This document shows, piece after piece, positions 10,438 to 21,998 of a stretch of 64,000 nucleotides of DNA. The position numbers and the translations under genes were made by a program. Where the stretch lies: contig DHSM01000022.1 in assembly GCA_002408465.1 (NCBI GenBank), forward strand, positions 81,555 to 145,554. Direction: 5' to 3'. The notes below the pieces were generated by a model, which was given only the letters and a program-made list of their open reading frames with translations, made no database searches and was not told the DNA's origin. Each line of letters opens with the position of its first letter. Position 1 is the first letter of the stretch. This stretch comes from Firmicutes bacterium UBA5286. GTDB taxonomy: Bacteria; Bacillota; Proteinivoracia; UBA4975.

Positions 10438-11009
10438 CTGGGCACCTCATGGCAGCGCCGGCACCTGGCCTCATAACTTTCTGAGGCTCCCACCATTATA
10501 GTCGGTTCAGTGGCCTTGGCGGGCTGGCCGTTTACCAGGCGCTGGGTGCGGTTGGCGGGATTGCCGCATTTTATGCAGATTGCCTGGAGCTTGTCCACAT
10601 ACTCAGCCATAGCCATCAGGGCAGGGGTTGGTCCAAAAGGCTGGCCGCGAAAGTCCAGATCCAGGCCTGCAACGATGACCCGCTTGCCTTTGTCTGCCAG
10701 GCGGCGGCAGACATCCACCAGACCATTGTCAAAGAATTGGGCTTCATCAATAGCAACTACTTCGGTGTCGTCTTCAACCAGGGAAAAAAGCACACCAGAA
10801 TCGACTACTGCCACGGCGTCCGTCTGGTCGCCATTGTGTGTCACTACATTCACCTTATTGAAACGATCATCTAACCTGGGTTTAAAAACCTGAACTTTGA
10901 GGCGGCCAATTTTTGCCCGCTTAACCCGCCTGATCAGTTCTTCGCTTTTGCCGCTGTACATACTGCCGCAAATTACTTCCAGCCAGCCCATGTCTTTCAT
11001 TAGATGCAT
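10434..11009 (-). CDS. tdk: Thymidine kinase
   Basis: 191 aa. P-loop MYSGKSEEL and the C-terminal zinc-ribbon cysteines (CIKCG...CRRCH). Confidence 0.9.
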   Translation of the reverse strand: MHLMKDMGWLEVICGSMYSGKSEELIRRVKRAKIGRLKVQVFKPRLDDRFNKVNVVTHNGDQTDAVAVVDSGVLFSLVEDDTEVVAIDEAQFFDNGLVDVCRRLADKGKRVIVAGLDLDFRGQPFGPTPALMAMAEYVDKLQAICIKCGNPANRTQRLVNGQPAKATEPTIMVGASESYEARCRRCHEVPR

Positions 11010-11085
11010 ATTTATCTCTCCCCAACAGTACTTAAAGTTATATATTCTCTGTCAGAAGAGTATTTCCCTGCTCAATGTACTTGTT

Positions 11086-11988
11086 TTAAGGCAAGTGGGA
11101 CAGAGGGTTTACATGACGGCCATGGACCTTTACTTCAAAGTGGAGATGAGGACCTGTAGAATTCCCGGTTGAGCCTACATAGGCAATGATATCCCCTTGA
11201 GAGACCTCGTCCCCCTTGGCTACATTCAGTTTGGTAGCGTGGGCATAGAGGGTGCTTATTCCAGACTTGTGCTGCAGATGAACCATATAACCGTATGATC
11301 CGCCCCAGCCAGAGCTGGTAACAACGCCCGGAGCAACAGCGTAAATTGGCGCTCCCACTCTGCCTGTTATATCGATTCCCCAGTGAAAGGAACCTTTGCG
11401 CATGCCATAATTTGAAGATAATTTCCCCAACATTGGCCAAACAAATCCGCAGTTCACTTTTGTCCCCCCCCGGCTTACCGAGCGTGCCTGGAGAAGGGGG
11501 TCAGGCATTTTCGCCCCGGGAATGACCAGACGGGTGCCAGGCGCTAATTCTTTGCTGTCCAAAGAATTTGCGAACCATATGACTTCATAATCCACTTCGT
11601 ATTTTTTTGCCAAAGCCGTTAATTCATCACCTTGGGCGACGGTATATAGCAAACCTGTTACCGCCGGAAATTGCAGTTGCTGACCTACCCTGATAAGATT
11701 GGGATTTTCGATTTTGTTGCTTTCACTGATTGTAGCCAGACTGACCCCAAATTTCTCGGAAATGCCTATCAAAGTATCCCCCTTGCTTACTGTATATGTT
11801 ATGACTTCTACTCGCTGCTGTTTGTAATCCAGGTAGCTCATACAGAGTTCCGGTGAATAGTAATCGGATTCAGCCAGCTCAGCTACCATGGCCTCCACGT
11901 CCTCAATAGAATGGGCTGCCACTGTCCCTGTGAAAAGCATGGTTACCAGCAGAGCTGCAACCAAACCGGACAGAATGAGCTTGAACAT
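11086..11988 (-). CDS. LysM-domain M23 family metallopeptidase (track ORF extends to 12156; the likely start is the MFKLILSG signal peptide)
   Basis: Two LysM repeats (YTVSKGDTLIGISEKFGVS, YTVAQGDELTALAKKY). A C-terminal M23 domain with the HxxxD, GWGGSYG and HLHFEV motifs. Confidence 0.8.
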   Translation of the reverse strand: MFKLILSGLVAALLVTMLFTGTVAAHSIEDVEAMVAELAESDYYSPELCMSYLDYKQQRVEVITYTVSKGDTLIGISEKFGVSLATISESNKIENPNLIRVGQQLQFPAVTGLLYTVAQGDELTALAKKYEVDYEVIWFANSLDSKELAPGTRLVIPGAKMPDPLLQARSVSRGGTKVNCGFVWPMLGKLSSNYGMRKGSFHWGIDITGRVGAPIYAVAPGVVTSSGWGGSYGYMVHLQHKSGISTLYAHATKLNVAKGDEVSQGDIIAYVGSTGNSTGPHLHFEVKVHGRHVNPLSHLP

Positions 11989-12160
11989 CGAATAATCACC
12001 TCTTTGGTTTATACGTTTTTTGCCAGTGATTGCCCCTATTATATCCGGGAAATTGGGAAATATGCGCTTTTCAACCAGAGCCCCCTCCCAAGCCGCGAGG
12101 GTTTGGACAAAAAAAGCAGGGCCGGCGGGAAGACTTGCCGGCCCTGACAGATGCAAAAAC

Positions 12161-13162
12161 TTAAAATACGTGGGGTTTGCGTTTTAGATTATGAGTGGCA
12201 TCGACATAGCGGATTGTGCCGCTTCGGTAACGCATGACAATGGAATGGGTGCTGGCTACATGCCCATGGAAACGCACCCCCCGGACCAAATCACCATCAG
12301 TGATGCCGGTGGCGGCAAAGAAACAATCTTCACCTCTCACCAAATTTTCCATGGTCAGCAACTGCCGGGGATTGGCAATGCCCATGGAGATAATGCGCTC
12401 TTCTTGGGCGGCGCTTGCCGGGCAAAGCCGGCCTTGAATCTCCCCGCCCAGGCATTTGAGGGCTACTGCCGCCAGGACACCTTCGGGAGCGCCGCCAATG
12501 CCCAGCAGCATGTCGACTCCTGACCCCGCTACTGCCGCGGAAACAGCGGCAGCCACATCGCCGTCGGAAATCAGCTTTACCCGGGCACCTGCCTGACGCA
12601 CCTCATAAATTATCTTTTCGTGGCGGGGACGGTCTAAAATCACTACCACCAAGTCACGAATATCCTTGTTGGATGCCTTGGCCACAGCTGCAATATTTTC
12701 CGCCGGCGAAAAGTCTAAGTTTACTTTCCCTGCAGCACAAGGCCCGACAGCTATTTTTTCCATATACATGTCCGGGGCATGGAGGAGACATCCTCGGGCC
12801 GCTACGCCGATGACGGCGATGGAATTAGGCAGTCCCTTGGCCACCAGGTTTGTGCCTTCTACTGGATCCACGGCCACATCCACTTCAGGCCCGCCGCCGC
12901 ATCCAACTCTTTCGCCTATGTACAGCATAGGGGCTTCGTCAATTTCCCCTTCGCCAATCACCACTGTACCACGGATTTGCACAGTGTCAAACATCCGCCG
13001 CATTGCATCTACGGCGGCCCCGTCAGCCTCTTCCTTATTGCCCAGCCCCATCCAGCGGGCAGAAGTCATAGCCGCTGCTTCCGTCACCCTGACCAACTCC
13101 AGAGCCAGTTCCCTGTCCATCCGATCCCCCCCTTTGTATGACACATTCTTCATATATGACAT
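12161..13162 (-). CDS. glpX: Fructose-1,6-bisphosphatase class II (GlpX); the likely true start is MDRELALE near 13120
   Basis: The [15 protein letters not shown] start and the [15 protein letters not shown] metal-site motif are typical of GlpX. Confidence 0.9.
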   Translation of the reverse strand: MSYMKNVSYKGGDRMDRELALELVRVTEAAAMTSARWMGLGNKEEADGAAVDAMRRMFDTVQIRGTVVIGEGEIDEAPMLYIGERVGCGGGPEVDVAVDPVEGTNLVAKGLPNSIAVIGVAARGCLLHAPDMYMEKIAVGPCAAGKVNLDFSPAENIAAVAKASNKDIRDLVVVILDRPRHEKIIYEVRQAGARVKLISDGDVAAAVSAAVAGSGVDMLLGIGGAPEGVLAAVALKCLGGEIQGRLCPASAAQEERIISMGIANPRQLLTMENLVRGEDCFFAATGITDGDLVRGVRFHGHVASTHSIVMRYRSGTIRYVDATHNLKRKPHVF

Positions 13163-13194
13163 ACTTATTCTTCGCCAGAGAAGATAATTCCTGC

Positions 13195-13222
13195 AAAAAG
13201 GCCGGTGAAACCGGCCTTTTTT
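13195..13222 (-). terminator. Rho-independent terminator immediately after the tal stop (aaaaaGGCCGGtgaaaCCGGCCtttttt, bidirectional shape)
   Basis: A perfect 6-bp GC stem and 5-nt loop, flanked by an A tract and a T tract. The tal stop is at 13224-13226. Confidence 0.7.
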
Positions 13223-13223
13223 A

Positions 13224-13865
13224 TTATTTTAGCTTTTCCCAGTCTTGCAAGAAGCGCTCTATACCTCGGTCTGTCAAAGGATGGGTTGTGGCAGCCAGCA
13301 AAATTGAGAAGGGGACGGTAGCAAAATGAGCGCCGGCCCTGATGGAATCTGCAATGTGGCTGATGCTGCGAATGCTGGCGGCGATAATTTTGGCATTTAG
13401 ACCAAAGTAGGTAAAAGCGTCGGCAATATCCCGGACCAAATCAATACCGTCGGCATTGACATCATCCAGCCTGCCCACAAAGGGGCTGACATAGGTTGCA
13501 CCCGCCCGGGCTGCCATCATTGCCTGGTTGAGAGAAAAGATCAGGGTGACATTGGTCTTGATCCCCTTGGCAGTCAAAATCTTTGTGGCCTTGAGCCCTT
13601 CAGCGGTCATGGGAATCTTGATGACAATATTCGGAGACAGAGCGGCAAGCTTTTCTGCTTCAGCTACCATGCCCCCGCTTTCCAGGCTGATGACTTCGGC
13701 GCTGATAGGTCCATCCACCACAGTGATAATCTCCTGCAGCAATTCTTGAAAATCCCTGCCTTCTTTTGCTACCAAGGTGGGATTGGTGGTCACGCCTTCG
13801 ATGACGCCCAGAGCCCAGGCCTCCCGGATTTCTTCGATATTGGCAGTATCGATAAAAAATCTCAA
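13224..13865 (-). CDS. tal: Transaldolase / fructose-6-phosphate aldolase (short TalC/Fsa type)
   Basis: 213 aa. [13 protein letters not shown] start and the VTTNPTL motif of the short transaldolase family. Confidence 0.9.
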   Translation of the reverse strand: MRFFIDTANIEEIREAWALGVIEGVTTNPTLVAKEGRDFQELLQEIITVVDGPISAEVISLESGGMVAEAEKLAALSPNIVIKIPMTAEGLKATKILTAKGIKTNVTLIFSLNQAMMAARAGATYVSPFVGRLDDVNADGIDLVRDIADAFTYFGLNAKIIAASIRSISHIADSIRAGAHFATVPFSILLAATTHPLTDRGIERFLQDWEKLK

Positions 13866-13876
13866 ATTATCACCCC

Positions 13877-14731
13877 TTATGCCTGGCCGGCGCTGCCAAA
13901 CAGCTGAATTTTTTGTTTTGCCACCTGTTTAAGGGCTTCGCGGCCTGGTCCCAAGAGCTTGCGGGGATCAAATTCACCTGGCTTTTCAGCCAGCACCTGT
14001 TTAATGGCGGCGGTAAAGGCCTGGCGCAAGTCGGTATCTATGTTGATTTTGCAGATCCCTATGCTGATTGCCTTTTGAATCGCGTCTTCGGGGACACCGG
14101 AAGCCCCGTGCAGAACCAGGGGCACATCCACCTGGTCGCGAATCTTTTGCAGCCGGGCGAAATCCAGGCGGGGTTCACCTTTATAGGGTCCATGGGCTGT
14201 TCCAATTGCCACTGCCAGAGCATCGATACCTGTGCGCTCAACAAACTCCTGGGCTTCTTCCGGCACCGTCATCATTGCATCTTTGTCGCTGACGCTGACG
14301 TCATCCTCAGTGCCGCCTATTTTGCCCAACTCGGCCTCTACAGATACACCTGCGGGTTTGGCCACCCTTACTACTGCCACGGTATTGGCGATATTATCCT
14401 CAAATGAATGCTTGGAGCCGTCAAACATTACCGCCGAGAATCCCGCCCGGATACATTGCACAGCCTGTTCAAAGCTGGTGCCGTGGTCAAGATGCAGGGC
14501 CACAGGCACTTTAACCTTTTCCGATGCAATCTTTACGATCGCAGCAATATAGTCCAAGCCGGCATACTTAATTGCGCCCTGGCTTGCCTGAAGAATCACC
14601 GGCGAGTCCAGCTCATTTGCAGCCTCAACAATCCCCTGGACAATCTCCAGGTTGTTGGCATTGAAGGCCCCAACAGCATAGCCTCCTTTTTGTGCCTGCT
14701 TCAGCAGAAGGGACATTGGAACTAGTGCCAT
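13877..14731 (-). CDS. fba: Fructose-bisphosphate aldolase class II
   Basis: 284 aa. [15 protein letters not shown] and class II aldolase metal-ligand motifs. Confidence 0.9.
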   Translation of the reverse strand: MALVPMSLLLKQAQKGGYAVGAFNANNLEIVQGIVEAANELDSPVILQASQGAIKYAGLDYIAAIVKIASEKVKVPVALHLDHGTSFEQAVQCIRAGFSAVMFDGSKHSFEDNIANTVAVVRVAKPAGVSVEAELGKIGGTEDDVSVSDKDAMMTVPEEAQEFVERTGIDALAVAIGTAHGPYKGEPRLDFARLQKIRDQVDVPLVLHGASGVPEDAIQKAISIGICKINIDTDLRQAFTAAIKQVLAEKPGEFDPRKLLGPGREALKQVAKQKIQLFGSAGQA

Positions 14732-14743
14732 TTTTTACACTCC

Positions 14744-15553
14744 TTAAAGATGTAATATTTTCCTTGCTTCCGCCGGGGTTGCCACTTCCCGGCCCAACTC
14801 TTCAGCTAGGCGGGCAATGCGCTGCACCAGCTGGGCATTGCTTTCCGCCAACTGCCCTCTCTTATAATAAACATTATCTTCAAAGCCTACCCGCACATGG
14901 CCGCCGAGAATTATCGCCATTGCCCCCAGGGGAAGTTCCGTCCTGCCAATGCCCGCAACCGTCCAGGTGCAGCCCGCAGGCAACAAGCTCTTCATGTACA
15001 TTAATGCCTCGGGTGTGCCTGGCATCGCTCCCGGCACTCCCAGGACAAAGTCAAAATGCAGGGGAAGTTCAAGAATGCCTTGTTTCACAAGGGTCAGCGC
15101 ATTCTGCACCATGCCGCTGTCAAAGGCCTCGATTTCCGGCTTGACACCTTTGGAAATCATCGTCTTGGCAAAAGTGCGGATATCATCCATGGTGTTGACG
15201 AAGAGATCATCGCCGAAGTTGACGCTGCCGGTGGACAGAGTCGCCATTTCCGGATTGAGCTGCACCGGCTGCAGACGCTCTTCGGGAGTCATGCCCACGG
15301 CGCCGCCGGTGGACACCTGCACGATGACATCACAGCGTTTGCGGATTCCGGAAATGATTTCGCCAAAGACTTTTGCGTCTTGGGTAGAGTTGCCATCAGG
15401 CTTGCGAGCATGGAGATGGACCATGCTGGCCCCTGCTTGCTGACAGAGGCAGGCTGCCTCGGCAATTTCTTCGGGAGAGATGGGCAAAGCCGGATTAGCT
15501 TCCTTCGTTGTCTCGGCGCCGGTGAGGGCGGCAGTAATAATTAATTTATCCAT
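14744..15553 (-). CDS. kce: 3-keto-5-aminohexanoate cleavage enzyme (Kce, BKACE/DUF849 family)
   Basis: 269 aa. Collinear with characterised Kce (ITAALTGAETT, VHLHARKPDG, QVSTGGAVG, NFGDD, FVLGVPGAMPGTP, IGRTELPL, GHVRVGFEDNVYYKRG, ESNAQLV). Only a 12-bp gap to fba. Confidence 0.85.
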   Translation of the reverse strand: MDKLIITAALTGAETTKEANPALPISPEEIAEAACLCQQAGASMVHLHARKPDGNSTQDAKVFGEIISGIRKRCDVIVQVSTGGAVGMTPEERLQPVQLNPEMATLSTGSVNFGDDLFVNTMDDIRTFAKTMISKGVKPEIEAFDSGMVQNALTLVKQGILELPLHFDFVLGVPGAMPGTPEALMYMKSLLPAGCTWTVAGIGRTELPLGAMAIILGGHVRVGFEDNVYYKRGQLAESNAQLVQRIARLAEELGREVATPAEARKILHL

Positions 15554-15940
15554 TTAAACCACCTTTCTCTGTTTATCTTTCGGAACAACACATACTCCTT
15601 TTGCACTGGCCACCAAAAGGGGCGGATCGAGCTTGTCGGCTGCGGAATCCCCTGCAGCTCCATTGGCGGCAATTATCTTATAGGCTTCAAAGGACATGGT
15701 CCGGGAAGTGTTGCCTATCTTTTCTATCTTGGCGATTACTTCCAAAAAGTCCCCTGCGAAAACCGGAGCTTTGAATAACACATCTTCATAGGCTAAAAAA
15801 AGACCTTCGTCTCCGTCTGAATATACCAACAAAGCGGTGGCAGCATCGCCAAACAATCCCATTATCCTGGCCCCATCCACCAAATTGCCCCCGTAATGAG
15901 CATCGCCGGTGCTCATACGCACACGCAGTACAAATTCCAT
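15554..15940 (-). CDS. kal: Hotdog-fold protein, candidate 3-aminobutyryl-CoA ammonia-lyase (Kal)
   Basis: 128 aa, about Kal size. Sits directly upstream of kce as in lysine-fermentation operons. The assignment rests on size, fold-like composition and context, not on a remembered alignment. Confidence 0.5.
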   Translation of the reverse strand: MEFVLRVRMSTGDAHYGGNLVDGARIMGLFGDAATALLVYSDGDEGLFLAYEDVLFKAPVFAGDFLEVIAKIEKIGNTSRTMSFEAYKIIAANGAAGDSAADKLDPPLLVASAKGVCVVPKDKQRKVV

Positions 15941-15956
15941 TTCTACCTTCTCCTTT

Positions 15957-16316
15957 TTATGTATATTGTTGAATTAAATTGAGCATGAGCTTAATGTCAA
16001 AGGGTTTTTCTAGATATGCAGCAGCCCCCAATTTTTTAACCCGCTTGGCCAAGTCAGGGCTGCCCTGGCCAGTAATCACAATAACAGGTGGATGCGCATA
16101 CAGCTGCATAATTTCGCGCAAGGTCTCAACACCATCCAGTCGGGGCATTCTTACATCAAGAAAAACCAGGTCAACAGTTCTTTCCCGAATCATTTCCATC
16201 GCCTCTTCGCCGCTTGCTGCTTCCAGCAGCGCGTACTCATCACTGTTCAGCACTTCCGACAACAGGCGCCTGATTCCGGGTTGGTCATCGGCAACGACAA
16301 CCGTTTTTTTGGCCAA
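15957..16316 (-). CDS. spo0F: Spo0F-like single-domain response regulator (the track ORF to 16499 is over-extended into pyrG; the likely TTG start is at 16314-16316 with a GGGGG RBS)
   Basis: Receiver domain KKTVVVADDQPGIRRLLSEVL...LDVRMP...EKPFDIK, close to B. subtilis Spo0F (DDQYGIRILLNEV...AKPFDID). Conserved position between pyrG and fba. Confidence 0.7.
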   Translation of the reverse strand: MAKKTVVVADDQPGIRRLLSEVLNSDEYALLEAASGEEAMEMIRERTVDLVFLDVRMPRLDGVETLREIMQLYAHPPVIVITGQGSPDLAKRVKKLGAAAYLEKPFDIKLMLNLIQQYT

Positions 16317-16401
16317 TGAAATACCCCCTCGTAAAAGAGATCTGGCATGAAAGGTTCCCTTTTGGGGATATATTCTCCCTATTGTCTCTATATCCTTCCT
16401 G

Positions 16402-18072
<1,671 letters not shown>

Positions 18073-18822
18073 TTAAAGGCTGCCTAATTTGCGGGCGACC
18101 ATTTCCCTGGAAATATAGCTGGCAACCTGGCGAGGGGTGGTGCCGGCGCCAAAACCGGCGTCATAACCCAGTTCCAACGCCAGTTGATGGCTGATGCGAG
18201 GGCCCCCTGCCACCAGCACCACTGAATTCCGGATGCCTTCAGCCTCCAAAAGCTCAACCAGGCGAGTGAGATTAGGTATATGCACATCCCGCTGGGTCAC
18301 CACTTGGGAAACCAGGATGGCATCTGCCTGCAGCCTGCGGGCCTCGGCTACCAAAAACGTATTGTCCACTTGGCTGCCTAGGTTGTAGGCATTGATCCAG
18401 GGATAGCGCTCCAGGCCATATTCGCCGTTATATCCCTTCATATTCATTATGGCGTCGATGCCCACTGTGTGAGCGTCGGTGCCGGTGCAGGCCGCCACCA
18501 CGTTGAGCTTGCGGCCGACATTATCCCGGATGTAGTCGTTGATTTCATAAAAGTCCATCTCTTCTAACTCGAGTTCCGTAACTTGCAGGGTGCTCAGGTC
18601 TACCTGGTGATGACAGTGACCGTAGACAACAAAAAAGCTAAAGCCCGCGCCCTGACTGGCCATATGCACTACTTCCGCCTGGTCCAGGCCCATGGACTCG
18701 GCCAGGCTTGCGGCAGCAGCTTTTGCCTGGGGGCCGGCAGCCAGAGGCAGGGTAAAGGATACCTGCACTGCTCCATCATCCAAAGCGTCGCCGTAGGCTT
18801 TTATTATTTTCCCTTCAGTCAT
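18073..18822 (-). CDS. kamE: Lysine 5,6-aminomutase beta subunit (B12-binding, KamE)
   Basis: 249 aa. B12-binding DxHxxG-type motif (ACTGTDAHTVGID) and a Rossmann-like C-terminal half. Overlaps kamD. Confidence 0.8.
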   Translation of the reverse strand: MTEGKIIKAYGDALDDGAVQVSFTLPLAAGPQAKAAAASLAESMGLDQAEVVHMASQGAGFSFFVVYGHCHHQVDLSTLQVTELELEEMDFYEINDYIRDNVGRKLNVVAACTGTDAHTVGIDAIMNMKGYNGEYGLERYPWINAYNLGSQVDNTFLVAEARRLQADAILVSQVVTQRDVHIPNLTRLVELLEAEGIRNSVVLVAGGPRISHQLALELGYDAGFGAGTTPRQVASYISREMVARKLGSL

Positions 18823-20380
18823 TTTCCATCCCCCTGTCCAGCTTTGCTTTCATATTGTCCAGGAACGGATTATAGTATTCTGCAGCTTGCATAAACACTC
18901 CCAGCAGACCTTTGCCGCCCTCCCTGGATCTCTTGACATCGGCAAACATTCCCCTTTCCAAAGCGGTGAAGAGGCCAATTCCCGCCACCTGGCTTAAGAG
19001 ATCCGCTGCTTTTGCCAGCACTTCGGAAGCCCGTTTTTGCATCCGGCCATCCGGCACGATTTCCAGTTCCTCCCTGAGATGCCGGGCGTTATTCATGATA
19101 TAGCGGGCGTTTTCTATTGCTAAATAGCGGTCCTGAATAAAGGGAGTGTGAATGGCTTCAGTGAGCATTCCCAGCAAATGGATTCCTTGCCCTGTGAGCA
19201 CAGAGGTGAGATTAAAGAGGCTGTTGTGCAGGTAACCTTTAAAGATGTCGCCGGTCATGTGCTTGGTAGGGGGCATATATTTCAGGGGAGCATCAGGGAA
19301 AAGCTGCCTGGCCATCTGAGCCTGGGCTATTTCCAGCAGCAGCCCGTCTTCCATATCCGGATTGATTTCAAAGGCGTGTCCCAATCCCATTTGCCAGGGA
19401 CTTAGACCTGCTGCCAGGGCCAGTTGTTCGTTGATAAACTGTGAAGCCGTTACTGTATGCGCTTCAGCAACTGCATCGGCAGTGGTCAGGTAATTGTCTT
19501 CTCCAGAATTGATGATGATGCCGGCAAAGGCATTGATTACCCTAGAAAAGTTCTGATCAATCAAGGTCCGCTGCATGTTGATATCCCTGAAGAGTATGCC
19601 GTACAGGGCATCATTGAGCATCATGTCCAAGCGTTCCAAGGCGCCTAAGGCAGCTATTTCCGGCATGCACAGGCCGGAACAGTAGTTGACCAGCATGATA
19701 TACCGGCCTAATTTTTCACCGGTCTCGTCCAGGGCCTTGCGCATAATGCGGAAGTTCTCCTGAGTGGCGTAAGTGCCGCCAAACCCTTCTCGAGTGGCGC
19801 CATGGGGCACATAGTCCAGCAGACTCTGGCCGGTGGTCCGGATAACGGCGATGATATCTGCTCCTTGTTCAGCGGCTGCCTGTGCCTGAGGCACATCCTG
19901 CATGATGTCGCCGGTAGCGACGATGACATAGAGCAGGGGAGAAGGCCCCATCTTTAATTTTAGTTGCAAGCGCTGGCGCTGACGCCGATTGTCGGCAATC
20001 CGCTGCAGGCCAGGCTGAGCAAGTTCCTGGAGGAAGGGGCGCAAACCCGCTGGCTCTATTCGGGGCAGGGCCAGCAAATCCAACTCGCCAGCAGCCACTT
20101 TCGCGGCCGCCATTTGGGGGGAAAGGTTTAACTGCTTGCAGGCATTGCCCAGCCAATAGGCGGCTCCCAGGCCAAGTTCGCCGCGGGCAGCCAGGCTGTC
20201 CACTATAATATTGGCCATGGGCACGTCATCCAAGGCATCGTTGACCCCCAGCAAGCGCAACACTGTTCGTTCAACAGACTCGGTAGACCGGGACCCGATA
20301 AACACCTGCACTTCATCAGCAATTTGACGGGCAGCGTCCCGGCATTCCTTGACCAAGACTGCATCCAACTGCAATTTCAT
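18815..20380 (-). CDS. kamD: Lysine 5,6-aminomutase alpha subunit (KamD, PLP-binding TIM barrel)
   Basis: 521 aa, about KamD size. Adjacent and overlapping to kamE. Family recalled from overall sequence character and context. Confidence 0.75.
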   Translation of the reverse strand: MKLQLDAVLVKECRDAARQIADEVQVFIGSRSTESVERTVLRLLGVNDALDDVPMANIIVDSLAARGELGLGAAYWLGNACKQLNLSPQMAAAKVAAGELDLLALPRIEPAGLRPFLQELAQPGLQRIADNRRQRQRLQLKLKMGPSPLLYVIVATGDIMQDVPQAQAAAEQGADIIAVIRTTGQSLLDYVPHGATREGFGGTYATQENFRIMRKALDETGEKLGRYIMLVNYCSGLCMPEIAALGALERLDMMLNDALYGILFRDINMQRTLIDQNFSRVINAFAGIIINSGEDNYLTTADAVAEAHTVTASQFINEQLALAAGLSPWQMGLGHAFEINPDMEDGLLLEIAQAQMARQLFPDAPLKYMPPTKHMTGDIFKGYLHNSLFNLTSVLTGQGIHLLGMLTEAIHTPFIQDRYLAIENARYIMNNARHLREELEIVPDGRMQKRASEVLAKAADLLSQVAGIGLFTALERGMFADVKRSREGGKGLLGVFMQAAEYYNPFLDNMKAKLDRGMEND

Positions 20381-21993
20381 TGATCCAACACCTCCTGGGG
20401 AGCAATCCCCAACTCTTGCGAAGCATGCGCGATAATTTCTGGAGCCAGACCCAGAAAAGCTGCGACCCTAAGGGCATCGCGGGGTATTTCTCCTTTTCCC
20501 GGCACCAGGGAATAGTCCATTAATTTTTGCAGTGATTTCAGGTCCTGAGTCTGCAGCTCGGCGTCTCTGCGGGAGAGACCCGCCAGTCCCGCTACCTGCA
20601 AATGTGTAACTCCCTCCATATCTGAAAGGCCGGGGAAATGAGTTGCCACTAAGGTGATGCTGTTGCCTTCATCCAGCCAAGCCACTAATGCCTTGACCAG
20701 CGCGGCACCCTCCCAGGGATTTGTCCCTCGGGCAGGCTCATCCAGCAAAAACAACCCTCTTTGCCCCCGCAGAGGAAGGACCCCTGCCAGTCCATGAATC
20801 TCCGTGCCAAAGGTGCTCAATCCCTGACTGGGGTTCTCTTCTTGCTGAGAATAATAGATAAATTCCCGCAGGGAAAACTTGCATGCCCGGGCAGGCACCA
20901 GCAGCCCCATTTGCGCCATGGCTATTGCCAGTCCGGCAGAGCGCAGGGCAATGGACTTGCCTCCCATGTTGGCGCCGGTAATTACTGTCACTGGCGTGCC
21001 GAGACACAAGGAGACAGGCTGAAAAATCATGCCCTCTTTTGCCAGATAGCTGCTGACCACAGGATTGATGAATTCAGCCAGCACCAACTGGGACTCGTTG
21101 ACAAGCTCGGGAACACACCAGCCAGTTTGCCTGGCCAGGCGCCCTTTGGCCAGCAGCAGATCAATTCTGCCTATGCGCCGGCATGCCGCCAGCAAAAGGC
21201 GGCGATTTTTTGCCGCCTCTCTGCTTAAATCCCGGCGGACGCTGTATTCTATTTCTTGGATTTTCTCCTCCAGGCTGCTGATTGCCGATCCCAACGCCAG
21301 CATCTGCTCATCGTCGCGAATTGTATATTCTAATTCAGCATATCCCTCTGCCGCCGCGATTATATCTTTGCGGATTTCCAGCTCTTTGCACGCGGGATCC
21401 AGCTTATGAATGCGCAGGCGGCCAAGGGGATTAAAGGTTTGGCCGGTTTCCTGTGAAACTTTCGCCTGCAGTTCTCTGCGCCGGCGACTAAGTTCTGCTT
21501 TTTTCTCCCTTTGCTCTTGTCTGAGCGCGGCCAGGGCAGGGGTAAAGCTGTCTGCCAGATAAAACCCTTCCCCTCCCCCGCCTGGAGCAAGTACTGCCAG
21601 CAGATCCACGGCCACAGGGATTGTCAGCCGGGAAGGCAGGAACTTAAATTGTTGCAGCTTTTCCCCCAGCTGCCGAGATAAATCCAAAAAACGTTTGAGT
21701 TCAAAAAAATCCATATCTTCGAGGACATATCCCTGACAGGCTCTTTTGACCGCCCCTCTGATTTCCCTGAAAGAACCCAGGCGCAGTTCGATTTCCCCGA
21801 GCAAATCCGGTTGCCACTCAGCCAGCAATCCCGCAACCAGGTCCCATTCATTAGTCAGCCAGCTTTCACAGCCAGGGCCGGCAGCCTTCATTCTGGTTTT
21901 AAGCAGTTTCCCATAGGGGCTTATGGGGCAAAGTTGCCGCAGCACCCAATTCAGGCCGATTCTCTCTGCAGTAGGTTGTTCAACAAGGGCCAT
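20377..21993 (-). CDS. MutS domain-V-like ABC ATPase lacking the mismatch-binding domain; conserved accessory gene of lysine aminomutase clusters (candidate reactivating factor)
   Basis: 538 aa. Walker A VITGANMGGKSIALRS and Walker B/D-loop FLLDEPARGTNP, typical of MutS domain V. No N-terminal mismatch domain. Lies between kamA and kamD. Confidence 0.7.
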   Translation of the reverse strand: MALVEQPTAERIGLNWVLRQLCPISPYGKLLKTRMKAAGPGCESWLTNEWDLVAGLLAEWQPDLLGEIELRLGSFREIRGAVKRACQGYVLEDMDFFELKRFLDLSRQLGEKLQQFKFLPSRLTIPVAVDLLAVLAPGGGGEGFYLADSFTPALAALRQEQREKKAELSRRRRELQAKVSQETGQTFNPLGRLRIHKLDPACKELEIRKDIIAAAEGYAELEYTIRDDEQMLALGSAISSLEEKIQEIEYSVRRDLSREAAKNRRLLLAACRRIGRIDLLLAKGRLARQTGWCVPELVNESQLVLAEFINPVVSSYLAKEGMIFQPVSLCLGTPVTVITGANMGGKSIALRSAGLAIAMAQMGLLVPARACKFSLREFIYYSQQEENPSQGLSTFGTEIHGLAGVLPLRGQRGLFLLDEPARGTNPWEGAALVKALVAWLDEGNSITLVATHFPGLSDMEGVTHLQVAGLAGLSRRDAELQTQDLKSLQKLMDYSLVPGKGEIPRDALRVAAFLGLAPEIIAHASQELGIAPQEVLDQ

Positions 21994-21998
21994 AATTA